Shown piece after piece: positions 10,405 to 21,479 of a stretch of 32,000 bases of DNA. The notes below the pieces were generated by a model. That model had not been told where the DNA came from. It was given only the letters and a program-made list of their open reading frames with translations, and ran no database searches. This stretch comes from Pseudomonas aeruginosa (GTDB lineage Bacteria; Pseudomonadota; Gammaproteobacteria; Pseudomonadales; Pseudomonadaceae), in NCBI RefSeq assembly GCF_001457615.1, contig NZ_LN831024.1, forward strand, positions 1,980,001-2,012,000, in the 5' to 3' direction. Each line of letters opens with the position of its first letter. Positions within the stretch are counted from its first letter, which is position 1. Position numbers and translations under genes: made by a program.

Positions 10405-11262
10405 ATGAACGATGTTGTTCCGCCAGCGGCAGCCGAATCGGCTGCCGCTGGCGTTTCCAGAATCGCCCTCGGCATCGAGTACAAGGGCTCCCGCTATCGT
10501 GGCTGGCAGCGCCAGGAAGCCGGCGTGCCTTCCGTGCAGGAAGCGCTGGAGCGCGCCTTGTCGAAGGTTGCCGCCGAGCCGGTCGGGGTGATCTGCGCCG
10601 GCCGTACCGACGCTGCCGTTCATGCCAGCGGCCAGGTGGTGCATTTCGACACCGCGGTGGAGCGCCCGTTGAAAGCATGGGTGATGGGCACCAACGCCAA
10701 CCTGCCCGCGGATATCAGTGTGACCTGGGCGAGGGTGATGCCGGCGCATTTCCACGCGCGCTTCTCGGCCATGGCCCGGCGCTATCGCTACGCCATCTAC
10801 AACGATCCGATCCGCCCGGCGCACCTGGCCGAGGAGGTCACCTGGAACCATCGGCCGCTGGATATCGGGCGGATGCGCGAGGCGGCCCAGGTACTGGTCG
10901 GCACCCATGACTTCACCTCGTTCCGGGCGGTGCAGTGCCAGGCCAAGTCGCCGGTCAAGACCATGCATCACGTGCGCTTGCTGGAGCATGGTCGGTTGAT
11001 CGTGCTGGACATCCGCGGTAACGCTTTCCTTCACCATATGGTGCGCAACATCGCTGGCGTCCTGATGACCATCGGTGCCGGCGAGCGGCCGATCGAATGG
11101 GCGAAGGAGGTGCTCGAGGCGCGCGACCGGCGCGCCGGTGGGGTCACCGCTCACCCCTACGGACTCTATCTGGTGCGGGTGGAGTACCCCGGGGAGTTCG
11201 AGTTGCCCGAGCGCTACCTGGGGCCGCATTTCCTTTCCGGATTGCCCGATATCGTCGGCTGA
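10405..11262 (+). CDS. truA: tRNA pseudouridine(38-40) synthase
   Basis: 285-aa ORF with [36 protein letters not shown] and [14 protein letters not shown] motifs. Confidence 0.96.
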   Translation: MNDVVPPAAAESAAAGVSRIALGIEYKGSRYRGWQRQEAGVPSVQEALERALSKVAAEPVGVICAGRTDAAVHASGQVVHFDTAVERPLKAWVMGTNANLPADISVTWARVMPAHFHARFSAMARRYRYAIYNDPIRPAHLAEEVTWNHRPLDIGRMREAAQVLVGTHDFTSFRAVQCQAKSPVKTMHHVRLLEHGRLIVLDIRGNAFLHHMVRNIAGVLMTIGAGERPIEWAKEVLEARDRRAGGVTAHPYGLYLVRVEYPGEFELPERYLGPHFLSGLPDIVG

Positions 11263-11351
11263 CGTCGAATCGGGCTTTTGCTACCATCGAGAATTCCCGC
11301 CGGACCGGCCGTCCGGCGGTTCGTCGCTCACTCGCCGAGGATTCTCCGTCG

Positions 11352-11987
11352 TTGCCAGCCGTTCGCATCAAGATCTGCGGTATCACCCGAGTCGAGGACG
11401 CCCTGGCCGCTGCCGCGGCGGGCGCCGATGCCATCGGCCTGGTGTTCTATGCGAAGAGCCCGCGGGCGGTGGATATCCATCGGGCGCGGGAGATCGTTCG
11501 TGCCCTGCCGCCGTTCGTGACCAGCGTCGGCCTGTTCGTCAACGCCAGCCGCTGCGAACTGGGCGAGATTCTCGATGCGGTGCCGCTGGACCTGCTGCAA
11601 TTCCATGGCGACGAGCGCGCCGAGGACTGCGAGGGACATCGGCGACCCTACCTGAAGGCCCTGCGGGTGAAGCCCGGCGACGACATCGTCGGGCGCGCGG
11701 CGGCATATCCGGGAGCTGCCGGGATTCTCCTGGATACCTATGTGGAAGGCGTGCCCGGCGGCACGGGGGCGGCGTTCGACTGGTCGCTGGTGCCGACCGA
11801 CCTGGGCAAACCCCTGGTGCTGGCCGGCGGTCTGACGCCGGATAACGTCGGCAGGGCAGTCGAGCAGGTCAAGCCCTACGCGGTGGACGTCAGCGGTGGC
11901 GTCGAGGCGAGCAAGGGAATCAAGGATGCGGCGAGGGTCCGCGCGTTCGTGGACGCGGTGCGTTCGCGGCGCCGCGACGAGACATGA
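11352..11987 (+). CDS. trpF: Phosphoribosylanthranilate isomerase (TTG start)
   Basis: 211-aa protein (M)[31 protein letters not shown]...[10 protein letters not shown]...VDVSGGVE. Start is TTG at 11352; the longer upstream ORF extension is unlikely to be coding. Confidence 0.95.
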   Translation: MPAVRIKICGITRVEDALAAAAAGADAIGLVFYAKSPRAVDIHRAREIVRALPPFVTSVGLFVNASRCELGEILDAVPLDLLQFHGDERAEDCEGHRRPYLKALRVKPGDDIVGRAAAYPGAAGILLDTYVEGVPGGTGAAFDWSLVPTDLGKPLVLAGGLTPDNVGRAVEQVKPYAVDVSGGVEASKGIKDAARVRAFVDAVRSRRRDET

Positions 11988-12255
11988 TGTGACGACGGGC
12001 GGCCCGCCGCCGTCCACTAGCGTGTCGCCGTTTCCGCGACAACGCCCGGCCGCCGATAGGGAGGCCAGATATTTCGCGATAGCCGCTCGCCGGGTATCGC
12101 CCAGGTGACCGCGCAGGCGGGGGATGGGACAGGCCGCGAAACGTTTCGCAGCCGTGGGGCCCACCGCTGCCGGCGGTCACGAAGATGAATTTGCTCAGGG
12201 ACGCCGTCACCGGATCGGTGCGGCCATCCCGACCTTGCACTGGAGAACAAAGAGC

Positions 12256-13128
12256 ATGAGCAACTGGCTGGTAGACAAGCTGATCCCTTCCATCATGCGT
12301 TCCGAGTCCCAGAAGAGTTCGGTACCGGAAGGCCTGTGGCACAAATGCCCGTCCTGCGAAGCCGTGCTGTACCGTCCGGAGCTGGAAAAGACCCTGGATG
12401 TCTGCCCGAAGTGCGATCACCACATGCGCATCAACGCGCGTACCCGCCTGGACATCTTCCTCGATGAGGACGGTCGCGAGGAGCTGGGTGCCGACCTCGA
12501 GCCGGTGGACCGCCTGAAATTCCGCGACAGCAAGAAGTACAAGGATCGCCTCGCCGCGGCACAGAAGGACACTGGCGAGAAGGACGCGCTGATCGCCATG
12601 AGCGGCAAGCTGCAGGGCATGCCGGTGGTCGCCTGCGCCTTCGAGTTCTCCTTCATGGGCGGTTCGATGGGCGCCATCGTCGGCGAGCGCTTCGTTCGCG
12701 CAGCCAACGTCGCCCTGGAGAAGCGCTGCCCGCTGATCTGCTTCTCCGCCTCCGGCGGCGCGCGCATGCAGGAAGCGCTGATCTCGCTGATGCAGATGGC
12801 CAAGACCTCGGCGGTCCTGGCGCGCCTGCGCGAAGAAGGCATCCCGTTCGTCTCGGTATTGACCGACCCGGTCTACGGCGGCGTTTCCGCCAGCCTGGCG
12901 ATGCTCGGCGACGTGATCGTCGGCGAACCCAAAGCGCTGATCGGCTTCGCCGGTCCCCGCGTGATCGAGCAGACCGTCCGCGAGAAGCTGCCGGAAGGCT
13001 TCCAGCGTAGCGAGTTCCTCCTCGAGCATGGCGCCATCGACATGATCGTGCATCGTGCCGAGTTGCGGCCGCGCCTGGCCAATCTGCTGTCGGCCTTCAC
13101 TCATTCGCCGAGCCCCGTATCCGCATGA
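12256..13128 (+). CDS. accD: Acetyl-CoA carboxylase carboxyltransferase subunit beta
   Basis: 290-aa protein [56 protein letters not shown]: C4 zinc ribbon plus the carboxyltransferase domain ([27 protein letters not shown]). Confidence 0.97.
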   Translation: MSNWLVDKLIPSIMRSESQKSSVPEGLWHKCPSCEAVLYRPELEKTLDVCPKCDHHMRINARTRLDIFLDEDGREELGADLEPVDRLKFRDSKKYKDRLAAAQKDTGEKDALIAMSGKLQGMPVVACAFEFSFMGGSMGAIVGERFVRAANVALEKRCPLICFSASGGARMQEALISLMQMAKTSAVLARLREEGIPFVSVLTDPVYGGVSASLAMLGDVIVGEPKALIGFAGPRVIEQTVREKLPEGFQRSEFLLEHGAIDMIVHRAELRPRLANLLSAFTHSPSPVSA

Positions 13129-14414
13129 CCCAGCGTTCCCTGGCCGATTGGCTGAGCTATCTCGAACAACTCCATCCGACGGCCATCGACATGGGCCTGG
13201 AGCGTTCCCGCGAGGTAGCGCGCCGGCTCGGCCTGGGAAGGCCGGCGAAACGCGTGGTCACCGTTACCGGGACCAACGGCAAGGGCTCCACCTGCGCCCT
13301 GCTCGCCGAACTGCTGCGTGAGCAGGGGTTGTCGGTCGGGGTCTACAGCTCGCCGCACCTGCTGCGCTACAACGAGCGGGTGCGGATCGACGGCATCGAG
13401 GCCGGCGATGCGCAACTGTGCGACGCCTTCTCCGCGGTGGAGGCCGCACGTGGCGAGATTTCCCTGACCTATTTCGAAATGGGCACGCTGGCCGCCTTCT
13501 GGCTGTTCGAGCGCGCCGGGCTGGACTTCGCGGTGCTGGAAGTCGGCCTTGGCGGGCGCCTGGATGCGGTCAACCTGATCGACGCCGACCTGGCGCTGAT
13601 CACCAGCATCGGCCTGGACCATGCGGACTGGCTGGGCGATACCCGCGAAAGCGTGGCTTTCGAGAAAGCCGGTATCCTGCGCGCCGGCAAACCGGCCCTG
13701 TGCGGCGATCTCGATCCCCCGCAGCCATTGCTGGAGCAGGTGGCTGCGCTGGGGGCACCGCTTTACCTGCGCGGTCGCGACTACGACCTGGCGCTCGCCG
13801 ATCATGGCTGGCACTGGCGCGGGCTGGCCGCGGACGGCCAGGCGCTGGCGCTGCACGATCTGCCGTTGCTCGGGTTGCCCATGGAAAACGCCGCGCTGGC
13901 CCTGCAGGCCTACGCGTTGCTCGAGTTGCCCTGGCAGGCGGAGCGCCTGGCCGAGGCGCTGCGGCGGGCCCGGGTGACCGGTCGCCTCGATCGCCGCGAC
14001 CTGTCCTGGAACGGCCAGCCACGCCAGCTCCTGCTGGACGTCGGGCACAATCCCCAGGCCGCCCAGTACCTGGCGCAACGCCTGCGTGCCGCAGCGCCAC
14101 GAGGACGCTACCTGGCGGTCTTCGGCCTGCTGGCGGACAAAGACCTGGATGGCGTACTGGAACCCTTGACCGGCTTGGTGCAGGATTGGGCCGTTGCACC
14201 GTTGCCGACTCCGCGTTCGCGGCCGGCCGCGGAGCTGGAGGCGGCGCTGATCCTGCGCCAGGTTCCGGCGAGCAGTCATGCGGATATCGCCGCCGCCCTG
14301 GACGCGCAGTGCGCCAAGGCTACCGCGGATGATGTCATTCTGCTGTTCGGATCGTTCTATAGCGTGGCCGAAGGCCTGGAATGGCTGGCCCGTAGAACGG
14401 ATAAGGGGGAGTAA
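13125..14414 (+). CDS. folC: Bifunctional folylpolyglutamate synthase / dihydrofolate synthase
   Basis: 429-aa ORF with [41 protein letters not shown] and [14 protein letters not shown]. Overlaps the accD stop by ATGA. Confidence 0.97.
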   Translation: MTQRSLADWLSYLEQLHPTAIDMGLERSREVARRLGLGRPAKRVVTVTGTNGKGSTCALLAELLREQGLSVGVYSSPHLLRYNERVRIDGIEAGDAQLCDAFSAVEAARGEISLTYFEMGTLAAFWLFERAGLDFAVLEVGLGGRLDAVNLIDADLALITSIGLDHADWLGDTRESVAFEKAGILRAGKPALCGDLDPPQPLLEQVAALGAPLYLRGRDYDLALADHGWHWRGLAADGQALALHDLPLLGLPMENAALALQAYALLELPWQAERLAEALRRARVTGRLDRRDLSWNGQPRQLLLDVGHNPQAAQYLAQRLRAAAPRGRYLAVFGLLADKDLDGVLEPLTGLVQDWAVAPLPTPRSRPAAELEAALILRQVPASSHADIAAALDAQCAKATADDVILLFGSFYSVAEGLEWLARRTDKGE

Positions 14415-14417
14415 ATC

Positions 14418-15077
14418 ATGGCCTTGCTGGAAAGAGGGCTGAAGCAGCGCATCGTCGGGGCGTTGGTGCTGATCGCCCTGGCGGTGATCTTCCTGCCGAT
14501 GCTGTTCACCCGCGAAGACGAGTCGCGCCAGGTCGTGGTGGAAGCGCCGCCGCGCCCGCAATCGCCGGCCATGCCCAGTGTCGAGGTGCAGCCGACCGAG
14601 GTGCCGGAACTGCAGCCCGGCGAGGAAGGCATCGCTCCCGAGATCGTCGAGGAAGGCTCCCCGGCCGCCGCCGGCCAGCCCAGCCAGCCGATCGGCGGCC
14701 TGCCGGCGACCCCGCCGGCCACCCAGCCGCCCGCCCAGGCCCAGGCGCCGGCCGCCAGCCTGCCGCCAAGCCAGCCGCAACCGCCCGCTGCGCCGCCGAG
14801 CCCGCCGCCCGCGGAGAAGCGCCTGGACGCCAACAACCTGCCGCAGAGCTGGTCGGTACAGCTTGCCAGCCTGTCCAACCGGGCGCGCGCCGAGGAATTG
14901 CAGAAGACCCTGCGCTCCCAGGGCTACAACGCCTACATCCGCAGCTTCGACGGGATGAACCGGGTCTTCGTCGGGCCGGTGATCCAGCGCGCCGAGGCGG
15001 ATCGCCTGCGCGACCAGTTGAGCAAGCAGCAGAAGCTCAACGGCTTCGTCGTGCGCTTCCAGCCGGAACGCGGTTGA
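14418..15077 (+). CDS. SPOR-domain membrane protein (DedD-like)
   Basis: 219-aa ORF: N-terminal TM (IVGALVLIALAVIFLPMLF), long Pro/Ala linker, C-terminal SPOR domain (SWSVQLASLSNRARAEELQKTLRSQGYNAYIRSF...RVFVGPV). Confidence 0.88.
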   Translation: MALLERGLKQRIVGALVLIALAVIFLPMLFTREDESRQVVVEAPPRPQSPAMPSVEVQPTEVPELQPGEEGIAPEIVEEGSPAAAGQPSQPIGGLPATPPATQPPAQAQAPAASLPPSQPQPPAAPPSPPPAEKRLDANNLPQSWSVQLASLSNRARAEELQKTLRSQGYNAYIRSFDGMNRVFVGPVIQRAEADRLRDQLSKQQKLNGFVVRFQPERG

Positions 15078-15150
15078 CCGCGACCCGCGGCTTACCGTCG
15101 CGGGCGCGCTCTGCTAAAATGCAGCGCCTTTTCTGCTTGTGGGCTGCATA

Positions 15151-15693
15151 GTGGCATTTACCTGGGTCGATTGGACGATGGTCGCCATCATCGTCGTTTC
15201 CAGCCTGATCAGTCTGAGTCGCGGCTTCGTCAAGGAAGCCTTGTCCCTGCTTACCTGGATAGTCGCCGGCGCGGTGGCCTGGATGTTCGGCGGGGCGCTG
15301 GCGCAGCACCTGGGCGAGTACATCCAGACCCCCTCGGCCCGCATCATCGCAGCCTGCGCGCTGCTGTTCATCGCGACCCTGCTGCTCGGGGCGCTGGTCA
15401 ACTACCTCATCGGCGAACTGATCCGGGTCACCGGCCTCTCCGGCACCGACCGCTTCCTCGGCATGGTCTTCGGCGGTGCGCGCGGCGTACTGCTGGTCGT
15501 GCTGCTGGTCGGCCTGCTCAGCCTGGCCCCGGTACAGCAGGACCCTTGGTGGCAGCAGTCGGTGCTGATGCCGCATTTCCTGATGGTTGCCGACTGGTCG
15601 AAGAACTTCATTCTCGGTTTCGCCGGCCAGTGGTTGCCGGCCGCGCCGATAACGCCGCCGAGCGGCATCGGCGGGCTGCTTCCCAGCCAGTGA
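15151..15693 (+). CDS. cvpA: CvpA family membrane protein (GTG start; alternative GTG at 15139)
   Basis: (M)AFTWVDWTMVAIIVVSSLISLSRGFVKEALSLLTWIVAGAVAWMFG, multi-TM, immediately upstream of purF as in other gammaproteobacteria. Confidence 0.88.
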   Translation: MAFTWVDWTMVAIIVVSSLISLSRGFVKEALSLLTWIVAGAVAWMFGGALAQHLGEYIQTPSARIIAACALLFIATLLLGALVNYLIGELIRVTGLSGTDRFLGMVFGGARGVLLVVLLVGLLSLAPVQQDPWWQQSVLMPHFLMVADWSKNFILGFAGQWLPAAPITPPSGIGGLLPSQ

Positions 15694-15698
15694 TTTTG

Positions 15699-15733
15699 GC
15701 GGGACACTGGCCGAGGCCGGGTCCCGCGGTTTT
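15699..15733 (+). terminator. Candidate intrinsic terminator after cvpA
   Basis: GCGGGAC-ACTGGCCGAGGCCGG-GTCCCGC-GG-TTTT, with an internal GGCC/GGCC stem. Confidence 0.6.
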
Positions 15734-15914
15734 CCAGGGCGGCGCGTCGATGGCGCGGCGCCGGCGGCACAGGACGTGCCGCGAGCCAGTCGGCGGCGAA
15801 GGTCGCCGATTCGCGGGAGCCAGCGGCCCACAGGCCCTGGTCAGCTCGATGGTCCGGGACGGACCGATCGCGCTTCCCATCTTTCCAGCTTGAGCCAAGT
15901 AGGGGTTGCGTCAC

Positions 15915-17420
15915 ATGTGTGGCATCGTCGGTATCGTGGGCAAGTCGAACGTCAATCAGGCGCTGTATGACGCGCTCACCGTCCTCCAACATCGCGGCCA
16001 GGACGCTGCCGGTATCGTCACCTGCCATGACGATAAGCTGTACCTGCGCAAGGACAACGGCCTGGTCCGCGACGTCTTCCAGCAGCGCCACATGCAGCGC
16101 CTGATCGGCAGCGTCGGCATCGGCCATGTGCGTTACCCGACCGCCGGCAGCTCCAGCTCGGCGGAAGCGCAGCCGTTCTACGTCAACTCGCCCTACGGCA
16201 TCACCCTGGCGCACAACGGCAACCTGACCAATGTCGAGCAGTTGGCCAAGGAAATCTACGAATCCGACCTGCGCCACGTGAACACCAACTCCGATTCGGA
16301 AGTGCTGCTCAACGTGTTCGCCCACGAGCTGGCGGTGCGCAACAAGCTGCAGCCCACCGAGGAGGACATCTTCGCCGCGGTTTCCTGCGTGCACGACCGT
16401 TGCGTCGGCGGCTACGCGGTGGTGGCGATGATCACCGGCCATGGCATCGTCGGTTTCCGCGACCCCAATGCGATCCGTCCGATCGTCTTCGGCCAGCGGC
16501 ATACCGAGAACGGCGTCGAATACATGATCGCCTCCGAGAGCGTGGCCCTGGACGTACTCGGCTTCACCCTGATCCGCGACCTGGCGCCGGGCGAGGCGGT
16601 GTACATCACCGAGGAAGGCAAGCTCTATACCCGCCAGTGCGCCAAGGCACCGAAGTACGCGCCGTGCATCTTCGAGCACGTCTACCTGGCGCGTCCGGAT
16701 TCGATCATGGACGGCATCTCGGTGTACAAGGCGCGCCTGCGCATGGGCGAGAAGCTTGCCGACAAGATCCTCCGCGAGCGTCCCGACCACGACATCGACG
16801 TGGTCATCCCGATCCCGGACACCAGCCGCACCGCGGCGCTGGAACTGGCCAACCGGCTCGGCGTGAAGTTCCGCGAGGGCTTCGTCAAGAACCGCTACAT
16901 CGGCCGCACCTTCATCATGCCCGGCCAGGCGGCGCGGAAGAAATCCGTGCGGCAGAAGCTCAACGCCATCGAGCTGGAGTTCCGCGGCAAGAACGTGATG
17001 CTGGTGGATGACTCCATCGTCCGCGGCACCACCTGCAAGCAGATCATCCAGATGGCCCGCGAGGCCGGGGCGAAGAACGTCTACTTCTGCTCCGCCGCGC
17101 CGGCCGTGCGCTACCCCAACGTCTACGGCATCGACATGCCGAGTGCGCACGAGCTGATCGCGCACAATCGCAGCACCGAGGACGTCAGCAAGCTGATCGG
17201 CGCCGACTGGCTGGTCTACCAGGACCTGCCCGACCTGATCGACGCGGTCGGCGGCGGCAAGATCAAGATCGATCACTTCGACTGCGCCGTGTTCGACGGC
17301 GAGTACGTGACCGGCGACGTCAACGAGGCTTACCTGAACCGGATCGAACAGGCGCGCAACGATGCGACCAAGGCCAAGAGCCAGGCGGTCAGCGCGATCA
17401 TCGATCTGTACAACGACTGA
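15915..17420 (+). CDS. purF: Amidophosphoribosyltransferase
   Basis: 501-aa protein starting [34 protein letters not shown] (Cys2 nucleophile), with [16 protein letters not shown]-binding motif. Confidence 0.98.
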
Positions 17421-17436
17421 CAAAGGGGAGAGCGGC

Positions 17437-18648
17437 ATGACTCAGGACTGGGATGCCGGGCGTCTCGACAGCGACCTGGAAGGCGCGGCCTTCGACACCC
17501 TGGCGGTTCGCGCCGGGCAACGGCGGACGCCGGAGGGCGAGCACGGCGAGGCGCTGTTCACCACTTCCAGCTACGTCTTCCGCACCGCCGCCGACGCGGC
17601 CGCGCGGTTCGCCGGCGAAGTGCCGGGCAACGTCTATTCGCGCTACACCAACCCCACGGTACGCACCTTCGAGGAGCGCATCGCCGCCCTCGAAGGAGCC
17701 GAGCAGGCGGTGGCCACGGCGTCGGGCATGTCGGCGATCCTCGCCCTGGTGATGAGCCTGTGCAGCTCCGGCGACCACGTGCTGGTCTCGCGCAGCGTGT
17801 TCGGCTCGACCATCAGCCTGTTCGACAAGTACTTCAAGCGCTTCGGTATCCAGGTCGACTATCCGCCGTTGAGCGATCTCGCGGCCTGGGAGGCGGCGTG
17901 CAAGCCGAATACCAAGCTGTTCTTCGTCGAGTCGCCATCCAACCCGCTGGCCGAGCTGGTGGATATCGCCGCGCTGGCCGAGATCGCCCACGCCAAGGGT
18001 GCGCTGCTGGCGGTGGACAACTGCTTCTGCACGCCGGCCCTGCAACAGCCGCTGAAGCTCGGTGCGGACGTGGTGATCCACTCCGCGACCAAGTACATCG
18101 ACGGCCAGGGCCGGGGCATGGGCGGGGTGGTCGCCGGTCGCGGCGAGCAGATGAAGGAAGTGGTCGGCTTCCTCCGCACCGCCGGACCGACCCTCAGCCC
18201 GTTCAACGCCTGGCTGTTCCTCAAGGGCCTGGAAACCCTGCGTATCCGCATGCAGGCGCACAGCGCCAGTGCCCTGGCCCTGGCCGAATGGCTGGAGCGC
18301 CAGCCGGGCATCGAGCGGGTCTACTACGCGGGCCTGCCGAGCCATCCTCAGCATGAGTTGGCCCGGCGCCAGCAGAGCGGCTTCGGCGCGGTCGTCAGCT
18401 TCGACGTGAAGGGCGGGCGCGATGCCGCCTGGCGCTTCATCGACGCTACCCGGATGGTCTCGATCACCACCAACCTGGGCGACACCAAGACCACCATCGC
18501 CCACCCGGCGACCACCTCCCACGGTCGACTGTCCCCCGAGGACCGCGCGCGCGCCGGGATCGGCGACAGCCTGATCCGGGTCGCGGTCGGCCTGGAAGAC
18601 CTCGACGACCTCAAGGCCGACATGGCTCGGGGGCTGGCTGCGCTGTGA
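17437..18648 (+). CDS. metZ: O-succinylhomoserine sulfhydrylase
   Basis: 403-aa protein [28 protein letters not shown]..., Cys/Met metabolism PLP-dependent family ([19 protein letters not shown] lysine motif). Next to purF. Confidence 0.93.
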   Translation: MTQDWDAGRLDSDLEGAAFDTLAVRAGQRRTPEGEHGEALFTTSSYVFRTAADAAARFAGEVPGNVYSRYTNPTVRTFEERIAALEGAEQAVATASGMSAILALVMSLCSSGDHVLVSRSVFGSTISLFDKYFKRFGIQVDYPPLSDLAAWEAACKPNTKLFFVESPSNPLAELVDIAALAEIAHAKGALLAVDNCFCTPALQQPLKLGADVVIHSATKYIDGQGRGMGGVVAGRGEQMKEVVGFLRTAGPTLSPFNAWLFLKGLETLRIRMQAHSASALALAEWLERQPGIERVYYAGLPSHPQHELARRQQSGFGAVVSFDVKGGRDAAWRFIDATRMVSITTNLGDTKTTIAHPATTSHGRLSPEDRARAGIGDSLIRVAVGLEDLDDLKADMARGLAAL

Positions 18649-19412
18649 TCGAACCCAACCTGCGAGGCAACGGCAGGGTCGCCCTGGTCACCGGGGCGGC
18701 CCGGGGCATTGGCCTGGGCATCAGTGCCTGGCTGATCGCCGAGGGCTGGCAGGTAGTGCTTGCCGACAACGACCGTGAACGCGGGGCCAGGGTGGCCGAG
18801 GCGCTGGGCGAGCACGCCTGGTTCGTGGCCATGGACGTGGCCCAGGAGGGCCAGGTGGCGATGAGCGTGGCCGAGGTGCTCGGTCAGTTCGGCCGCCTCG
18901 ACGGCCTGGTCTGCAACGCCGCCATCGCCAATCCGCGCAATACGCCGCTGGAGGCGCTGAGTCTCGGCGAGTGGACCCGGACCCTGGCGGTCAACCTGAC
19001 CGGTCCGATGCTGCTGGCCAAGTACTGCACGCCTTATCTGCGCGCGCACAATGGCGCCATCGTCAACATCGCCTCGACTCGTGCCCACCAGTCGGAGCCT
19101 GACTCCGAGGCCTACGCCGCGAGCAAGGGCGGGTTGCTGGCGCTGACCCATGCCCTGGCCGCCAGCCTGGGCCCGGATATCCGTGTCAATGCGCTCAGCC
19201 CCGGCTGGATCGATACCCGCGAGGCCGCCGAGCGCGAGGCTGCGCCGCTGACCGAGCTGGACCACGACCAGCACCTGGTCGGCCGGGTCGGAACGGTGGA
19301 GGATGTCGCGTCGCTGGTGGCTTGGCTGCTCTCCGAGGACGCCGGTTTCGTCACCGGCCAGGAATTCCTGGTCGATGGCGGCATGACCCGGAAAATGATC
19401 TACCTCGACTGA
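18645..19412 (+). CDS. Short-chain dehydrogenase/reductase family oxidoreductase (GTG start)
   Basis: 255-aa ORF: [22 protein letters not shown] cofactor motif, [13 protein letters not shown]...YAASKGG catalytic YxxxK. The start overlaps the metZ stop (GTGA). Confidence 0.92.
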   Translation: MIEPNLRGNGRVALVTGAARGIGLGISAWLIAEGWQVVLADNDRERGARVAEALGEHAWFVAMDVAQEGQVAMSVAEVLGQFGRLDGLVCNAAIANPRNTPLEALSLGEWTRTLAVNLTGPMLLAKYCTPYLRAHNGAIVNIASTRAHQSEPDSEAYAASKGGLLALTHALAASLGPDIRVNALSPGWIDTREAAEREAAPLTELDHDQHLVGRVGTVEDVASLVAWLLSEDAGFVTGQEFLVDGGMTRKMIYLD

Positions 19413-19430
19413 TTTGGTGGGGAGATGCGG

Positions 19431-19468
19431 AAAAGGCGCTGTTCCGAAAGGAGCAGCGCCTTTTTTTC
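19431..19468. terminator. Bidirectional rho-independent terminator between the SDR gene and xcpQ
   Basis: AAAAGGCGCTGTTCC-GAAA-GGAGCAGCGCCTTTTTTT: long stem with GNRA-type tetraloop, with A-run and T-run on opposite sides. Confidence 0.93.
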
Positions 19469-19498
19469 GTATGAGGCCGCCTTGCCGGTATGGCGCCG

Positions 19499-21475
19499 TT
19501 ATTCCGTCTTCAGTTCGCGCAGATCGACGGCCTGTCCATCGAACAACTGGTTGGCGTTGGTCGGCAGGATGCTGGGTCGTCCCTCCGGGCCGCGAGTGCC
19601 GTCGATGACCCGGATGTCGCTGTATTTCTTGCCCGAGAGCGCGGCGAGACCGGCGCTGTCGCGGACCACCGTAGGACGCAGGAAGACCATCAGGTTGCGC
19701 TTGGTGTGGGTGTCCTTGGTGGAACGGAACAGGCGACCGAGCAATGGGATGTCCCCGAGCAGGGGAACCTTCGACTCGGCTTGGGAAACGTCGTCCTGGA
19801 TCAGGCCGCCGATCACGATCACTTGGCCGTTCTCGGCGAGGATGGTGCTCTTGATCGAGCGCTTGCTGGTGATCAGGTCGGTATTGTTGCGCTGCTGGGC
19901 GTTGGGCAGCAGGGCCGAGATCTCCTGCTCGATCTCCAGGCGCAGGGCCGCGCCGTCGTTGATGTGCGGAGTGACCTTGAGGCTGACGCCGATATCCTTG
20001 CGCTCCACGGTGGTGAACGGGTTGCTCGAACCTTCGCTGTTGGTGGTGTAGGAGCCGGTCTGGAACGGTACGTTCTGGCCGACCAGAATCTCCGCTTTCT
20101 GGTTGTCCAGGGTCAACAGGCTCGGGGTCGACAGCAGGTTGCTCTTGGTGTTGGCCGAGAGCGCGGTGACCAGCGCGCCGAAGCTGCTGCTGCCGATGCC
20201 GACGATGGCGCCGTCGGGGATGGATTCCGGTGCCTTGTTGCTCTCGAGCGATTGCAGCAGGGTGCCGATGGACAGTCCGGTATTGGCGAAGTTGGTCTTG
20301 GTTCCGCCCATGCCGCCCTTGTTGATCGCCCATTGCACGCCGACGGCATCCTGGATGTCGCCGGAGATCTCGACGATGGCCGCCTCCACCAATACCTGGG
20401 CACGCGGCACGTCGAGCTGGCGAACGATGTCTTCGAGAGCGTTGACCGTGTCCGGGTCGGCCAGCAGGACCAGGGCGTTGGTGCTTTCGTCGGCACGGAT
20501 GAGGATGTTGCTCGGTCGGCCGCCGCCGGTCTGTTCGCCGCCCTGGCCGCCATTGTTCTTCATGCCTTCGGAAATCTGGCCGAGGGTTTCCGCGAGGGTC
20601 TTGGCGTCGTTGTGGCGCAGGCGGATCACCCGGGTGTTGGCTGAGCGCGCGGTCGGGGTGTCCAGCGATTGCGCCAGTTGCACCAGCTTGGCGCGCGCCT
20701 GCGGCGGGCCGAGGATGATCAGGCGGTTGGTGCGCGCGTCGGCGATCACCTGGGCGCCCGCCGCGCCCTTGGCCTGGCCGCGGCTCATGGCGTTGTTGAG
20801 CACCTCGGCGGCGTCCATCACCCAGCCGTAGCGCAGGTTGATCACGCTGTAGTCGTGGCTGCCCTTCTGGTCGAGCTGGCGGATCACGTCTTCGATTCGC
20901 GCGATATTGGCGCTGCGGTCGCTGATGATCAGCGCGTTGGCCGAGGGCACCGCGGCGAGGTGGCCATATTGTGGGACCAGCGGACGGATCAGCGGGATGA
21001 GTTCCGATACCGGGCTCTGCTGCACCTGGATCACCCGCGTCTCCAGGCGATCCGGCGCGCTCTGGCCGCCGCCGGCCTCGGTCTTGGCCTCGGCGTTGGG
21101 CACGATGCGCGCCTGGTCGCCCTGGGCGACCACGGTGAAGCCGTGGGTGCTCATCACCGAGAGGAACAACTGGTAGACCTCGCTCAACGAGAGCTGGGCC
21201 TTGGAGACCACGCTGACCTGGCCCTTGACCCGCGGGTCGACGACGAAGGTCTCGCCGGTGATTTCGGAAATCTGGTCGATGAATTCGCGGATGTCGGCAT
21301 CCTTGAGGTTGATCGTCCAGTGCGCCTCCTGCTGGTTGCCGGCGGGGACGAAGGCGTTCCTGCCGCTGTCTTCGGCGTGCGCCACCTGGATGCCGAGGGC
21401 CAGGCTGAGAAGGACGGCGGGAACGTACGAACGACTGGAAGGGGCAAACAGGGCGCGGAGCAAAGGCTGGGACAT
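19499..21475 (-). CDS. xcpQ: Type II secretion outer-membrane secretin GspD
   Basis: 658-aa protein MSQPLLRALFAPSSRSYVPAVLLSLALGIQVAHAEDSGRNAFVPAGNQQEAHWTINLKDADIREFIDQISEITGETFVVDPRVKGQVSVVS..., with secretin C-terminal domain. The longer upstream start in the ORF track is unlikely. Confidence 0.97.
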   Translation of the reverse strand: MSQPLLRALFAPSSRSYVPAVLLSLALGIQVAHAEDSGRNAFVPAGNQQEAHWTINLKDADIREFIDQISEITGETFVVDPRVKGQVSVVSKAQLSLSEVYQLFLSVMSTHGFTVVAQGDQARIVPNAEAKTEAGGGQSAPDRLETRVIQVQQSPVSELIPLIRPLVPQYGHLAAVPSANALIISDRSANIARIEDVIRQLDQKGSHDYSVINLRYGWVMDAAEVLNNAMSRGQAKGAAGAQVIADARTNRLIILGPPQARAKLVQLAQSLDTPTARSANTRVIRLRHNDAKTLAETLGQISEGMKNNGGQGGEQTGGGRPSNILIRADESTNALVLLADPDTVNALEDIVRQLDVPRAQVLVEAAIVEISGDIQDAVGVQWAINKGGMGGTKTNFANTGLSIGTLLQSLESNKAPESIPDGAIVGIGSSSFGALVTALSANTKSNLLSTPSLLTLDNQKAEILVGQNVPFQTGSYTTNSEGSSNPFTTVERKDIGVSLKVTPHINDGAALRLEIEQEISALLPNAQQRNNTDLITSKRSIKSTILAENGQVIVIGGLIQDDVSQAESKVPLLGDIPLLGRLFRSTKDTHTKRNLMVFLRPTVVRDSAGLAALSGKKYSDIRVIDGTRGPEGRPSILPTNANQLFDGQAVDLRELKTE

Positions 21476-21479
21476 CGGG

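Noticed and set aside
11097-11351. N-terminal extension of the trpF ORF to 11097
   Set aside because: It overlaps truA out of frame and lacks TrpF similarity. The family N-terminus ([11 protein letters not shown]) begins right at the TTG at 11352.
11992-12016. GACGGGCGGCCCGCCGCCGTC hairpin after trpF as a terminator
   Set aside because: Imperfect stem with almost no loop and no T-run; could be chance GC complementarity.
15402-17438. 678-aa minus-strand ORF antisense to cvpA and purF
   Set aside because: Overlaps strongly supported genes on the opposite strand; no domain features; GC-driven shadow ORF.
18348-20333. 661-aa plus-strand ORF spanning metZ, the SDR gene, the terminator and antisense xcpQ
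   Set aside because: On the strand label given, or its reverse, it crosses the strong 19431-19468 terminator and two well-supported genes. Its composition is repetitive Arg/Gln/Gly/Pro, so it is not credible as a protein.
19490-20644. 384-aa plus-strand ORF antisense to xcpQ, plus neighbouring 208-aa and 275-aa ORFs
   Set aside because: xcpQ (secretin) is unambiguous on the minus strand; these are shadow frames.
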